Assembly (NCBI GenBank): GCA_963674595.2
Contig: CAXXFV010000003.1
Span: 160,001 to 224,000 of the forward strand
Reading direction: 5' to 3'
DNA: 64,000 nt
From: a bacterium
Lineage (GTDB): Bacteria; Zhuqueibacterota; Zhuqueibacteria; Residuimicrobiales; Krinioviventaceae
Each line of letters begins with the position of its first letter. The first letter of the stretch is position 1. The translations under genes and the position numbers were made by a program. This document shows, one piece after another, positions 41,590 to 52,205 of the stretch. The notes beneath the pieces were generated by a model. The model did not search any database, was not told where the DNA came from, and saw only the letters and a program-made list of their open reading frames with translations.

Positions 41590-43014
41590 TTGTCAATAGT
41601 TGTGGATCAAAAAGGTATCCTTTTTTAAAATAATTAAGCTGCCAACTTAAACAATTCCTTATTTTCAGGTTCACCATCAATAAATTTTTCACCACTGGCA
41701 ACAAAGGGAATCCATTTATATCCTCGTAAACGCCGCCATCGTTTTTCAGCTTCTTTTGCCAATTTAAAAACCATCGTCAAAGTTGCCATCCTTGAACCGC
41801 AACCTTTGGTACGCCGGGTTCTTAATTTTACTGTAGCAAAGGTCGATTCTATTGGATTTGTGGTACGAATGTGCTGCCAGTGAACAGCCGGAAAATCATA
41901 AAACGCAAAGAGTTGGTCATAGTCTTTGACCAGGCATTGCACAGCACGAGGATATTTATCTTAATATATTTTTTGAAATCGTTGATAAGCAACTATTGCC
42001 TTCTCTTTTGTTTCAGCCATATACATTTCATGAATTAACCGTTTGGCATTTGTCTGCACGCTTTTGGGCATTTTATCAAGAATGTTGGCTGTCTTGTGGA
42101 CCCAGCAACGTTGCTCACGAGAATTGGGAAACACTTGGGGTAATGCTTTCCAAAATCCAAGGGCACCATCGGCAACCGACAGTTTCGGGTCTGCTTCCAG
42201 TCCCTGGTCCTTTAATTCCAACAGCAACTCTTTCCAGCTTAATTCACTTTCCCGTATCCCTTCTTTAACTGCCAAAAGCTCTTTTTGTCCATGTTCATCT
42301 GCACCGATAATTACTAAAATACAGGAACTTGTACCTTCCAGACGAACATTAAAATAAACACCATCAGCCCAAAAGTAGACATAGTGCCTGTTGGACAGAT
42401 CGCGCCTACTCCATTGCTTATACTCTGTTTCCCATTCCTCTTTTAATCGCACAACCGTGTTGGCGGAAAGGCCTTTGCCTTTTTCTCCAAGTATGGCTGA
42501 TAAAGCTGATGGAAAATCCTGTGTCGAGATACCCCGTAAATAAAGGGCAGGTATCAAATTATTCAGGCTGGGTGTACGACGCAGGTATTTGGGTAATATA
42601 TCACTTGAAAAACCTTCAACACCAAGATTGTTCCGTAATTTTCAGTCGTCCACGCGTGGTTGTCGTATCGTAATCGGACCCGAACTTGACATGATCTCTC
42701 GCTCCGGCATATAACCATTTCGTACAGCCAAACGGTGACCATCCTTATCTCTGTCGTTTTTATAACGCTCTAGATATTCTTTCACTTCTGCTTCAACGGC
42801 TACTGTTAATAATTGTTGGGCTCCCTTACGTATAATCTCATCCAAACTTTCTTTAAATGTTGTCCTTTTCGCTTGCGCTTCTGCATTGGCAATTGTACAT
42901 TTGTTCATAGCGTGTCCTTTTAGTTTACTCTTTTTTATCCGAAATTTTGTTTTACTAAAGGATACGCTATTTTTATTAACTTTTCAACTCATCCACAACA
43001 TTTGAATATAACTC
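41584..43014 (-). mobile_element. IS256 family insertion sequence (inactive)
   Basis: Imperfect 24-bp terminal IRs GAGTAATTGTCAATAGTTGTGGAT / ATCCACAACATTTGAATATAACTC; no target duplication. Confidence 0.9.
41634..42908 (-). pseudogene. IS256 transposase with two in-frame stop codons
   Basis: VRNGY..R, LYLRGIST, WADGVYF, DGALGFW, QRCWVH, IRTTNPIES; TGA at 42642-42644 and TAA at 41961-41963, same frame throughout. Confidence 0.92.
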
Positions 43015-43053
43015 GTAAACGGACTAAAGTAGATATAAAAAAAAAATCAAAAC

Positions 43054-43668
43054 TTGAAATGGTTCATACCAGTTTTAATAGTTTTCCTTACTACTGCTTT
43101 AAATTTTATTTTGTGGCATTTTCGGTGGAATATACAGCACACGTCTGAACTCACTGAAAAACTTTTTACTAAAAAAATGCAATTGATGGAGGAAGTATCA
43201 AAAACTATATTTGAGTATAGACAATTAAGAAATTATACAATACGTTATTCAATGCTTATTAAGTCCTTCAAGAGCAGAGGAATTGCTATAAGTCAGGAAG
43301 AAAGATCAAATTTAGAAAAGCAATTTAAAAAACAATTCCCATTAGATTATCAAAAAAATTTGGAGCGTGAAGCACTTCTACCTCTACTTCAAGCAAAGTT
43401 AACAATAGTAGAAGTACTTTTTGGACCTAAAACAAAATTTGCTTTAGAAAATTTTAGTAAGAAATTAAATAGAGGATTTGAAAATTACCTAGAAAGTTAC
43501 ATTAAAAAAAAGGCAGATGTGGGTATACAGTTAGATCAATTAATTAGTAAAAATAATGACGGGACAATTTATTTCTATATTGAAGAATCTCACATAACTA
43601 CAATTGCTGACAAAGAAATGGAGGATGCAATCTATAAGCTTTTGGAAGCTATGAGAAAAGAATTATAA
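43054..43668 (+). CDS. Hypothetical protein with N-terminal TM helix, possibly 5'-truncated
   Basis: 204-aa ORF, very AT-rich codons, no RBS, adjacent to the IS end. Confidence 0.55.
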   Translation: MKWFIPVLIVFLTTALNFILWHFRWNIQHTSELTEKLFTKKMQLMEEVSKTIFEYRQLRNYTIRYSMLIKSFKSRGIAISQEERSNLEKQFKKQFPLDYQKNLEREALLPLLQAKLTIVEVLFGPKTKFALENFSKKLNRGFENYLESYIKKKADVGIQLDQLISKNNDGTIYFYIEESHITTIADKEMEDAIYKLLEAMRKEL

Positions 43669-43882
43669 TAGGTAATAAAAATGTGTTTATACATTGGCTT
43701 ATGAAAATCCATTATTTAAGTTTACTAAAATCAGATCGATAACTCAATTTTAATTATAAAATGAAGCAAATCGGACTTCAAAACAAAATGTAAGTATTTA
43801 TTTTTATATTAAAAGACGGTCTGTTATTGAACCATAGAGGTTAGCACAATAGTAAATATTGATTAAAAATAAGATAAAATAA

Positions 43883-44242
43883 ATGAAAAAACTTCCCTTT
43901 AGAAAATCACTTCGTTTCATTGGCCCAGATTTTATTGTCACGGTTGGATATATTGATCCTGGCAATTGGGCCACAAATATTGAAGGGGAATCGAAATTTG
44001 GTTATCAATTGCTTTGGGTAATTATTCTTAGTACGTTTATGCTTATTATCATCCAACAAATGGCCGCAAAATTGGGAATTGCCATAAGAAAATCGCTTGC
44101 TGTTAATATCCGGGAAAATTTCTCATTTCCCGTATCATCTTTCATGGGAATTACAAGACTTTGTAATAGTTTTTGCTTCAGTAAAAAATCTGCCGGTGTA
44201 GCTGAAAATTTTAATCTACCGGCACCAAATGTACTAACCTGA
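43883..44242 (+). pseudogene. mntH: N-terminal fragment of an NRAMP/MntH divalent metal transporter
   Basis: GPDFIVTVGYIDPGNWATN...FGYQLLWV...AAKLGI signature; similarity ends after ~95 aa versus ~400 aa expected. Confidence 0.8.
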
Positions 44243-44295
44243 CATTCCAGTATAGCATTTCTTACCCGACCCGATAAAACCCAAAGGAACCTTTT

Positions 44296-45681
44296 ATGAA
44301 ATCAACCAATAAATACAGTCTTTCTTATAATTCAATAAACAGAAGAGAATTTATCGGCCAAATGACGGCAGCGGCCGGCGGAATCATGCTATCCGGTTGC
44401 TCAGGCAAGCGTCCAAAATCATTACCGAATATTATCATGATCATTTCGGATGATCAGGGATGGGGAGATTACGGTTTTATGGGACATCCATCCATTGAGA
44501 CACCCAATCTGGACAAGCTTGCCTCAGAGAGTGTTGTTTTTACCAGGGGCTATGTAACGGCGCCATTGTGTTGTCCTTCGCTGGCGTCAATAATAACAGG
44601 CCTGCACCCGCATCAAAATAAAGTCACATCAAACGATCCTGCTTACAAGGGTGAAGGAAATCGATATAATCCCAAACAATGGCCCAAAGAACGCCGTCTT
44701 GAAAGAGAAAAAATAATAGCCAATTTTCAAAAAATACCTGCTCTGCCCAAAATTCTTGAAAATTTGGGTTACAAGAGCCTGCAAACAGGAAAATGGTGGA
44801 TGGGTCACCACCAAACAGGCGGTTTTACAAACGGCATGACACACGGCGATATGGATCGGGGAGGCCGGCACGGCGACGAGGGCCTGAAAATAGGACGCGA
44901 AACAATGCAGCCTATTTATGATTTTTTAAACAATGACGACAATCAACCGTTTTTCCTGTGGTATGCGCCTTTTTTACCGCACTCTCCGCACAATCCTCCC
45001 AAACGTTTACTGGACAAATACATAGAAAAAACAGATTCCATACATATTGCAAAGTATTGGGCGAACTGCGAGTGGTTTGATGAAACCTGCGGAGAACTTT
45101 TCACCTCTCTTGAAAACAACGGACAGGCTGAAAACACAATTATTTTATATGTTTGTGACAACGGCTGGATTCAGAAACCGGAAGAAAACGGCTATGCTGA
45201 AAAATCAAAACGAACCCCGTACGAAGGCGGTATTAGAACGCCCATTATGGTAAAATGGCCCGGTCATATCACACCGCAAAAAGATGAAACCACGCTGGTA
45301 AGCAGTATTGACCTGGCGCCGACTATCTTGAATGCCTGCGGTCTTGAACCTTTGAACAACATGCAAGGTGTTAATCTGCTGGACACAAAAGCTTTAAAAA
45401 ACCGCGAAAATATTTTTGGTGCTGCGTTCACTCATGACGCCGTTGATATAGATAAACCGGAATCCAGTCTTAAATACAGCTATGTCATTGAAGGAGAATG
45501 GAAACTCATTCAGCCGTCCGGCATAAACGATACAGGGAATGAACCGGAATTATATAATGTTTTAGTTGATCAAAAAGAAGAGATAAACAAGGCCGCAGCA
45601 TATCCTGAAAAGGTTGAACATTTGCAAAAACAGCTTAACGATTGGTGGGTAAAGGCCGTACCCGAATCTCAAGCATCTTAA
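44296..45681 (+). CDS. Sulfatase (S1 family), Tat-lipoprotein, variant CxPSL motif
   Basis: RREFIG...LSGC, ISDDQG, LCCPSLASIITG, GKWW, DNG, YEGGIRTP. Confidence 0.9.
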   Translation: MKSTNKYSLSYNSINRREFIGQMTAAAGGIMLSGCSGKRPKSLPNIIMIISDDQGWGDYGFMGHPSIETPNLDKLASESVVFTRGYVTAPLCCPSLASIITGLHPHQNKVTSNDPAYKGEGNRYNPKQWPKERRLEREKIIANFQKIPALPKILENLGYKSLQTGKWWMGHHQTGGFTNGMTHGDMDRGGRHGDEGLKIGRETMQPIYDFLNNDDNQPFFLWYAPFLPHSPHNPPKRLLDKYIEKTDSIHIAKYWANCEWFDETCGELFTSLENNGQAENTIILYVCDNGWIQKPEENGYAEKSKRTPYEGGIRTPIMVKWPGHITPQKDETTLVSSIDLAPTILNACGLEPLNNMQGVNLLDTKALKNRENIFGAAFTHDAVDIDKPESSLKYSYVIEGEWKLIQPSGINDTGNEPELYNVLVDQKEEINKAAAYPEKVEHLQKQLNDWWVKAVPESQAS

Positions 45682-45904
45682 TAATAAAGTCACGTGCGCC
45701 GGAAAAGCCTGGATTTATATCAAAAAAAACAATATATAACGTTAGGTTTGTATAAAAAATAAACTGTCATGATTCACACACAAAAATTTATATCAAAACA
45801 TTTGCTGCCTGCCGCCCAACAGGATTTATAATTATTCTTTTCCAGTCGGGTACGGTTAACCAATGTTTGAAACTAGAAATTCATTACACCAAGGAGGCCA
45901 TATC

Positions 45905-47971
45905 ATGATTAAAAAATTCCAATTAAAAATCTTTTTTTTAAATTTAATTTTCATTGCTCTATGCGTAGGAACATCCATAGCACAGGACTATAAAGAGCTT
46001 GATGGTTCATGGGAACTGGTGCCTTCAAAAAGTTCTGAAATAAGTTTGTACGACAATCTTCAGATTGATTTTAAAAGCACATACTCGGGAATCACAATTA
46101 TTCAAACTTGGGGAAACAAAAGAAGTCTCAGGGATAGTTTACAACTCGATTTTGACAGGGAAAATATTATCCCCATTACCAACCGCGTCTTTCCGACCAA
46201 TGTGTTTATGGGGCTTTCCATGCCGGTTGGTAAAGAGCGCAGGATCACGGCTGACTGGTCAAATGGTCTGATACTGAAAGAGACGTTTGATATATTAGGC
46301 TCTCAGGGTCCGTCACCTGTCCATTCTGTTCATATTTATGAGCTCTCCCCTGACAAAGGACAACTTGTATACTCTGTCACACGGTCGACCAGAACTTCCG
46401 GACCGGAGATTAAATATGTTCTGAAAAGAAAAGGGACGAAACACGCCTACTTTATGAAGCTCAAACACGATTGGGAGATTAACAGCCTGCTTCCTCTAAA
46501 TGCCATGTTGATCAGCCTTCAGGGTGTGGCAAACGTAAATGGACCGGCCTTATATTTCATCTACCCTCCGGAATGGCCTTTTACCTATACCGAGTCTGTT
46601 TTCGAATTTTACAGAGATAAGCGTAATTACACATTTCACGAACTCAGCACACCCGAACAAGCCTTACAACAGCTAAAAAACAACGTTAATGGTTATGTGG
46701 TCTGGGATAAAAATGTAAGGACCTCCTTAATCGTGGCATTTACCGTTGCCGGACTCGAACGGGCCATCGTCGTTACCGAAGACCTGATTCCGATGGTAAA
46801 AGCCCAGGGATTAACGATGATTGAAGACTTTAGAGGCAAATTCACCGGGCAGACCGACGCAGAAATTTATACCTGGGCTTACGACCAGTACTGGGACAGG
46901 TGTAATAAAAATTTTATTGTCTGGCTTGGCGGGCCCAGCGGCAATGTAATGAGACCCGGTGTTGCGGACTGGGGTGTTTACAAGCAGGTTTTCTTTAACG
47001 ATTTGTCCACACGACCCACCGATGTTAAAGAGTATAAACTGGCAAATAAAATCCTGAGTGAGATGGAACCCATGTCTATGGTGATGGGCTGGCATTCGTA
47101 CGTTAAGGACAAGGAACGCGACCACGTCAAATTGACATCCAGTTATGGTCACCGTGTGGAAGGGCTTCACTCTCTGCCGAACCTGAGTTTCAGCAGTCAG
47201 GTGCCGCCTTCACCCGGATTTGTGTTCAAGAACAATCACAGCATAAAACCCGGAAATGAGTATATACCAGAAGAAAAAGTCTATATTACCTGCGTTCAAA
47301 CGGACGGAATCGGTATCGGGGCGTGGCTGAAACCGGGCCGGGGAGATATACCCTACGCCTGGGAAGTAATTATGAGCTATGTCTGGATGGCCCCGGCCAT
47401 GGCAGAATATTTTTACACCATGGCTACGCCAAATGATTATTTTATCGGGTGTCTTTCAGGACCCGGTTATATGTATCCGAAAGCAGTGCCGCCGCATTTG
47501 CTCCCGAAACTTGTTGAAAAAGCACGGGAACAAATGGAACTTTTAGACCTTAATGCCTTCGAGATTATGGATTATTCAGAGGGCGCAACGGTTGAAGGAA
47601 ACACCGAATTGACCAAAGAGGTCGTTGATGTTTATTATGAAGGAATGCCGGATGCCATTGGGTTTCTGAACGGTTATGCCCCGGCCTATACCTTTACCGA
47701 ACGGAACGGCAAACCGCTAATATCATACGATTACTATCTCTCACCAACACGCACAGAAGATGATGCCGTAGCAGACCTTCAGGAATTGGCAAATATCAAT
47801 GCAAAACGGCCCTATTTTCTGTTGGTTCATGTCCGTGAATCCAGTGATGTTAGACGAGTCATCGGCATACTTGACAAACTCGGTCCCGAATTCGAACTCG
47901 TACCGCTGGATATTTTTCTGACAATGGCCGGCAAAGAGCCGACTTTTAAAGAACGATTTTTACAAAAATAA
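45905..47971 (+). CDS. GxGYxYP domain protein (putative glycoside hydrolase), secreted
   Basis: AGGAGG RBS, signal peptide, SLQGVAN, SGPGYMYP motif, RPYFL. Confidence 0.8.
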   Translation: MIKKFQLKIFFLNLIFIALCVGTSIAQDYKELDGSWELVPSKSSEISLYDNLQIDFKSTYSGITIIQTWGNKRSLRDSLQLDFDRENIIPITNRVFPTNVFMGLSMPVGKERRITADWSNGLILKETFDILGSQGPSPVHSVHIYELSPDKGQLVYSVTRSTRTSGPEIKYVLKRKGTKHAYFMKLKHDWEINSLLPLNAMLISLQGVANVNGPALYFIYPPEWPFTYTESVFEFYRDKRNYTFHELSTPEQALQQLKNNVNGYVVWDKNVRTSLIVAFTVAGLERAIVVTEDLIPMVKAQGLTMIEDFRGKFTGQTDAEIYTWAYDQYWDRCNKNFIVWLGGPSGNVMRPGVADWGVYKQVFFNDLSTRPTDVKEYKLANKILSEMEPMSMVMGWHSYVKDKERDHVKLTSSYGHRVEGLHSLPNLSFSSQVPPSPGFVFKNNHSIKPGNEYIPEEKVYITCVQTDGIGIGAWLKPGRGDIPYAWEVIMSYVWMAPAMAEYFYTMATPNDYFIGCLSGPGYMYPKAVPPHLLPKLVEKAREQMELLDLNAFEIMDYSEGATVEGNTELTKEVVDVYYEGMPDAIGFLNGYAPAYTFTERNGKPLISYDYYLSPTRTEDDAVADLQELANINAKRPYFLLVHVRESSDVRRVIGILDKLGPEFELVPLDIFLTMAGKEPTFKERFLQK

Positions 47972-48001
47972 TGAATTTATTATTAAATATGGAGGATTAA
48001 A

Positions 48002-48817
48002 ATGAATAACCCGCAAATCTATATAGACAAAGCTATTGAGCTTTTAATGTCTTATGGTCCGAAATTACTTTTAACAATAATCACTCTTATTGTCGGCCTT
48101 TGGGTTATCAAACTATTTGTCAAGGGATTCCGTAAAACCATGGAACGGAGTAAAATTGACGTATCTCTGATTCGGTTTTTATCGAGTTTGATTGGTGCCC
48201 TGCTAAAAATTCTGCTTGCAATAAGTGTCACTTCAATGATCGGTGTTGAAATGACATCTTTTATTGCCATACTGGGTGCCGCCGGTTTGGCTGTGGGCCT
48301 TGCTTTACAGGGTACACTGGCAAATTTTGCCGGTGGTGTGCTCATTTTATTATTCAGGCCTTACAAAGTCGGCGATTTTATAGACGCAGCCGGTTATACC
48401 GGTACGGTTAACCATATTCAGATTTTTAATACCGTTTTAAAGACACCGGATAACAAGACAATTATTATTCCAAATGGCGTATTGTCCAATGCCAGTATTA
48501 CCAATTTTTCTACCGAATCAACCCGTCGTGTTGACATGAAATTTGGTATCGGTTATTCAGATGACATAAAAAAAGCAAAAGAGATATTGGAAAGACTCAT
48601 CAAAGACGAAAGCCGGGTATTAGACGAACCGGCAGCAGTGGTCGTGCTTTCTGAATTGGGTGACAGCTCTGTAAATTTTACAGTTCGCGCCTGGTGCAAC
48701 AGTTCCGATTACTGGGGTATTTATTTTGATATGCAGGAAAAAGTAAAACTCGAATTTGATAAAAACGGAATTTCTATACCATTCCCGCAACGGGATGTAC
48801 ATGTATATAACCATTAG
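48002..48817 (+). CDS. mscS: Small-conductance mechanosensitive channel
   Basis: GAAGLAVGLALQGTLANFAGG, RPYKVGD, IPN, ISIPFPQRDVH. Confidence 0.93.
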   Translation: MNNPQIYIDKAIELLMSYGPKLLLTIITLIVGLWVIKLFVKGFRKTMERSKIDVSLIRFLSSLIGALLKILLAISVTSMIGVEMTSFIAILGAAGLAVGLALQGTLANFAGGVLILLFRPYKVGDFIDAAGYTGTVNHIQIFNTVLKTPDNKTIIIPNGVLSNASITNFSTESTRRVDMKFGIGYSDDIKKAKEILERLIKDESRVLDEPAAVVVLSELGDSSVNFTVRAWCNSSDYWGIYFDMQEKVKLEFDKNGISIPFPQRDVHVYNH

Positions 48818-48854
48818 ACTTTAAGATAATACCAGAAATATATTATACAAAACC

Positions 48855-48883
48855 GGGGACGGGAGTTTTTATCTCCCGTTCCT
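48855..48883 (+). terminator. Terminator-like hairpin after mscS
   Basis: GGGGACGGGAG-N7-CTCCCGTTCCT. Confidence 0.55.
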
Positions 48884-48989
48884 CATTATCATTGTGCTCG
48901 GTATTCAAACAATGTTAACATAATGAAAACCTGTAAATCATTGAACCCTCCTCCAATCCTGAACATGAATGTTAAAAAAAACAGTCAAA

Positions 48990-49038
48990 AATATTTACCA
49001 AAAACCTCTTGCGCCCATTCAATATAATTTGTATTATT
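48990..49038 (+). promoter_or_regulatory. Promoter-bearing repeat, copy 5 (TTGCGC-17-TATTAT)
   Basis: 40/49 identical to 55053-55101. Confidence 0.65.
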
Positions 49039-49380
49039 TATTCTTCACTATTGATGAAAAGTCGGTTTAAAAATAATAATTATTCCAGGTAAACAACAGG
49101 CAATCATGCCGATACAAAAACGGATTTTAATAAATTATACAAAACTCTTGTTTCGGATTTATCACTGTATTTTATAATTAAAATTGCAATATAGTTCCAT
49201 CTGTTCATATTGGATTTTTTATTATCACAAGGTTGAATCATTTAATAATAGGAGAAATAAACGGACCGAATGTTTGACATCTTGTTCTAACGAAAACCAC
49301 ACTAATACAGTAAAAGCTAATAATTTAATCGTTTTTTTATCAAAAACATAAGAAACCATAATATTAATAATGGAATATTA

Positions 49381-49755
49381 ATGAATTACACTATTGAATT
49401 ATCACCAAACCAAAAGTATTTTATCATAAAGATTACAGGAAAAATAAATCTTGAAACGATCAGACAATGGTCCAAAGAGCTGGAAAAAAAAAGCAGGTCA
49501 TTAAAAATTAACAGATTCCTTTTTGATGCCCGGGAAGCACAAGAAACCTCTTCGATTACTGAAATGTATCATTTTGCATACAACGAATCTGTTGAACTGA
49601 ATTTGCAGAGAAATGTTCGCTCGGCAATTCTGGTCGATGAAGAAGACAAATCACATAATTTTGTCGAAACGGCAATGAGAAATGCCGGTTATAATGTAAA
49701 AATTTTCAGAGACGAATTACTTGCCGTGACATGGGTGGAAGAAGAAATCTCATAA
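49381..49755 (+). CDS. Small hypothetical protein (STAS/SpoIIAA-like fold)
   Basis: FLFDAR...SAILV...FVETAMRNAGYNVKIF...AVTW pattern. Confidence 0.65.
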   Translation: MNYTIELSPNQKYFIIKITGKINLETIRQWSKELEKKSRSLKINRFLFDAREAQETSSITEMYHFAYNESVELNLQRNVRSAILVDEEDKSHNFVETAMRNAGYNVKIFRDELLAVTWVEEEIS

Positions 49756-49874
49756 CATTATTATTCTCAATACCTGTAATTGTTCATAAACATTGCCTGA
49801 AACATAATTTTAAAACCAAGAGGGAAAGTAAGGTCCCATAAATATATTATAAAAAAGTGATAAAAGAGGTAAAA

Positions 49875-50462
49875 ATGAAAAAAGAATCAAATTGGGAGTA
49901 TCCTGAACCAAGAAAAGGCTTGGCTGGTCAATGGGATAAATTTATCGGTCCCGGGGCGACAACAGCAGAGCAATTGATTGCACTTTTACCGGCCTTGTTG
50001 GGTTCATCGGGAATTGTTGCTTACGCCGTTGTCAAAGATTTAAACTGGGACCTTACTCAGTACATTTTTGCATTTTTAGTTACCTTTGACATTATCGGAG
50101 GCGTGTTGACAAACGCAACAAGTGCCGCAAAAAGATGGTACCACCGTAAAGAACTAACACACTCCAAGCACCTGGGATTTATTGCCATCCACATAATCCA
50201 GATAGTTATCGTTTCATGGCTGTTCCGCGACCTGGATATTCTGTATATTGGCGTCGTTTATTTTTACCTGATGATTTCAGCCACTATAGTCACCCTGGTT
50301 CCATTACGTATGCAAAGAAGCACGGCATTGTTACTTGTATGCGGCTCGTTTATCATTTCCTTGTATGTATTGTCACCAACACCGGGATTTGAATGGTTTA
50401 TACCTGTTTTGTTTATAAAACTACTTGTGAGTCACCTGACTATTGAAGAACCATACATATAA
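49875..50462 (+). CDS. Hypothetical membrane protein
   Basis: GAGG RBS; DKFIGPGAT, DIIGGVLTNATSAAKRWYH, several TM helices. Confidence 0.75.
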   Translation: MKKESNWEYPEPRKGLAGQWDKFIGPGATTAEQLIALLPALLGSSGIVAYAVVKDLNWDLTQYIFAFLVTFDIIGGVLTNATSAAKRWYHRKELTHSKHLGFIAIHIIQIVIVSWLFRDLDILYIGVVYFYLMISATIVTLVPLRMQRSTALLLVCGSFIISLYVLSPTPGFEWFIPVLFIKLLVSHLTIEEPYI

Positions 50463-50576
50463 TTTGCGTTCAAATCAATAAACCCAATTTCAGATTTAGC
50501 TATTACCGACTGTTTATTATGCCTATTGCTTGTTTTCGATATTTAATCGTGAGTTATTAAAAAGAATGGGATATAA

Positions 50577-52103
50577 ATGACAACAAAAACTAAAACCCGC
50601 TTGGGGACAATCCTTGTTTTGTATTTTTGCCTTTTTATTAACTGTCATAAAAAGCAAGCTTGTGATACAAAAATTGTCAAAACGATTCTGACGGATAAAG
50701 ATAATTTCTTTTATCTGGATACGAATCATTACCCGGAAAACCGTAAAAATCTTCCAATTGGAATATTTGATTCCGGTACCGGCGGGCTGACGGTTTTGGA
50801 GCAGATTTTATCATTTGATGAGTATAATAACAATAATCATGAGCATGCAAAAGGTGGTGATGGGATAAATGATTTTAAAACAGAATATTTCATTTATCTG
50901 GGTGACCAGGCTAATATGCCCTATGGAAATTATGCGCGGGAGAACAAGGTATCACTGTTGCAGGAACATATTATCAAAGATGTACAGTTTTTAATGGGCA
51001 ATAAATATTATTTGGACGCCCGTGATAAAAATCATCAAACCGATAAAAACCCGGTTAAAGCCATTGTCATCGCCTGTAATACAGCGACAGCTTTTGGTAA
51101 AGATAAAATAGAAAAATTTCTGCAACAGGCCAACCTGAATTTAAAAGTCATTGGCGTTATTGATGCGGGTGCCAGGGCCGCCCTGGATGTTTTTAAACCG
51201 ACAACAAACGGAAGTATAGCTGTTCTTGCTACCGCAGGAACGGTCTCATCACAGGGTTATATTAAAGCAATACAATCGGAACGAAAATCGAGAAAATACT
51301 CTGGTAATATCAACATTTTTCAACAAGCCGGTATCGGCATCGCCGGTGCAATCGATGGTTCAAAAGAATATATCTCACCGGGTTCTGCAAAACCAAGAAC
51401 AGTATACCAGGGGCCGGATTTTAATCATACCGACGCAAAAATTAAAGTTTCTATTTTAAAACGTTATGGATTTGATTGGAACGACAACAAAATACTATAC
51501 ACGGGAACTACGAATAATCCAACAAATATCCAGATCAACTCGGTAGATAATTATATTTATTATCATCTGGTTTCTTTAATGGAAAAAATTGTCCATACAC
51601 AACAAGCGCCGCCGCTAAAAGCCATAATTCTTGGCTGTACTCATTACCCCTATTATATAGATGTATTTAAAGCTAAACTGGAGCAGTTGTATAATTATAA
51701 AGAAAATGGTCATTATGTTTATCGAAAATTTATGGAACCGGATATAGAGTTGATTGATCCGGCACAAAATACCGCCCTGGAGCTTTATGAGTATTTAACA
51801 AAAGCAGACCTGTTTGATTCGTTATGCAATGAAAAAAGTGAATTTTATACGAGTGTCCCCAATTTACTAAACAAAAATACAGACATCGATTCCATGGGTA
51901 TTTTTACATACAATTACAAATATGGCAGAGATGTTGGACATATCCAGGAATATGTAAAAAGAGTGCCATTCAGCAGAAAAAGTATTCCTTCTGAAACAGC
52001 AAATCGACTGGAAGGAAATGTACCTTTATCATTTCATCTAATAAAAGAATTTAACCAATCAAATTCAAAAATGGAAAATTTCGAGCAGAATTATAAATTT
52101 TAA
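50577..52103 (+). CDS. Glutamate racemase-like (Asp/Glu racemase family) protein with an N-terminal signal/lipoprotein peptide
   Basis: PIGIFDSGTGGLTV, DQANMPYG, IACNTAT and LGCTHYP catalytic Cys motifs; 508 aa with insertions. Confidence 0.85.
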   Translation: MTTKTKTRLGTILVLYFCLFINCHKKQACDTKIVKTILTDKDNFFYLDTNHYPENRKNLPIGIFDSGTGGLTVLEQILSFDEYNNNNHEHAKGGDGINDFKTEYFIYLGDQANMPYGNYARENKVSLLQEHIIKDVQFLMGNKYYLDARDKNHQTDKNPVKAIVIACNTATAFGKDKIEKFLQQANLNLKVIGVIDAGARAALDVFKPTTNGSIAVLATAGTVSSQGYIKAIQSERKSRKYSGNINIFQQAGIGIAGAIDGSKEYISPGSAKPRTVYQGPDFNHTDAKIKVSILKRYGFDWNDNKILYTGTTNNPTNIQINSVDNYIYYHLVSLMEKIVHTQQAPPLKAIILGCTHYPYYIDVFKAKLEQLYNYKENGHYVYRKFMEPDIELIDPAQNTALELYEYLTKADLFDSLCNEKSEFYTSVPNLLNKNTDIDSMGIFTYNYKYGRDVGHIQEYVKRVPFSRKSIPSETANRLEGNVPLSFHLIKEFNQSNSKMENFEQNYKF

Positions 52104-52205
52104 AATTTATCCGGATTTTATTTTGTTACCGGATTACAATACATTGCGGTCAATATATAATAATCTTTTACATCTGGATTATCGGACAAAATGAAAGATT
52201 AGAAA

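Noticed and set aside
41961-42644. Stop-codon reassignment or selenocysteine readthrough in the IS256 transposase
   Set aside because: Two different stops (TGA and TAA) are involved, and many intact genes in the window end in TGA or TAA
49106-49177. 23-aa ORF MPIQKRILINY... after repeat copy 5
   Set aside because: Weak RBS, no recognisable features; expected by chance
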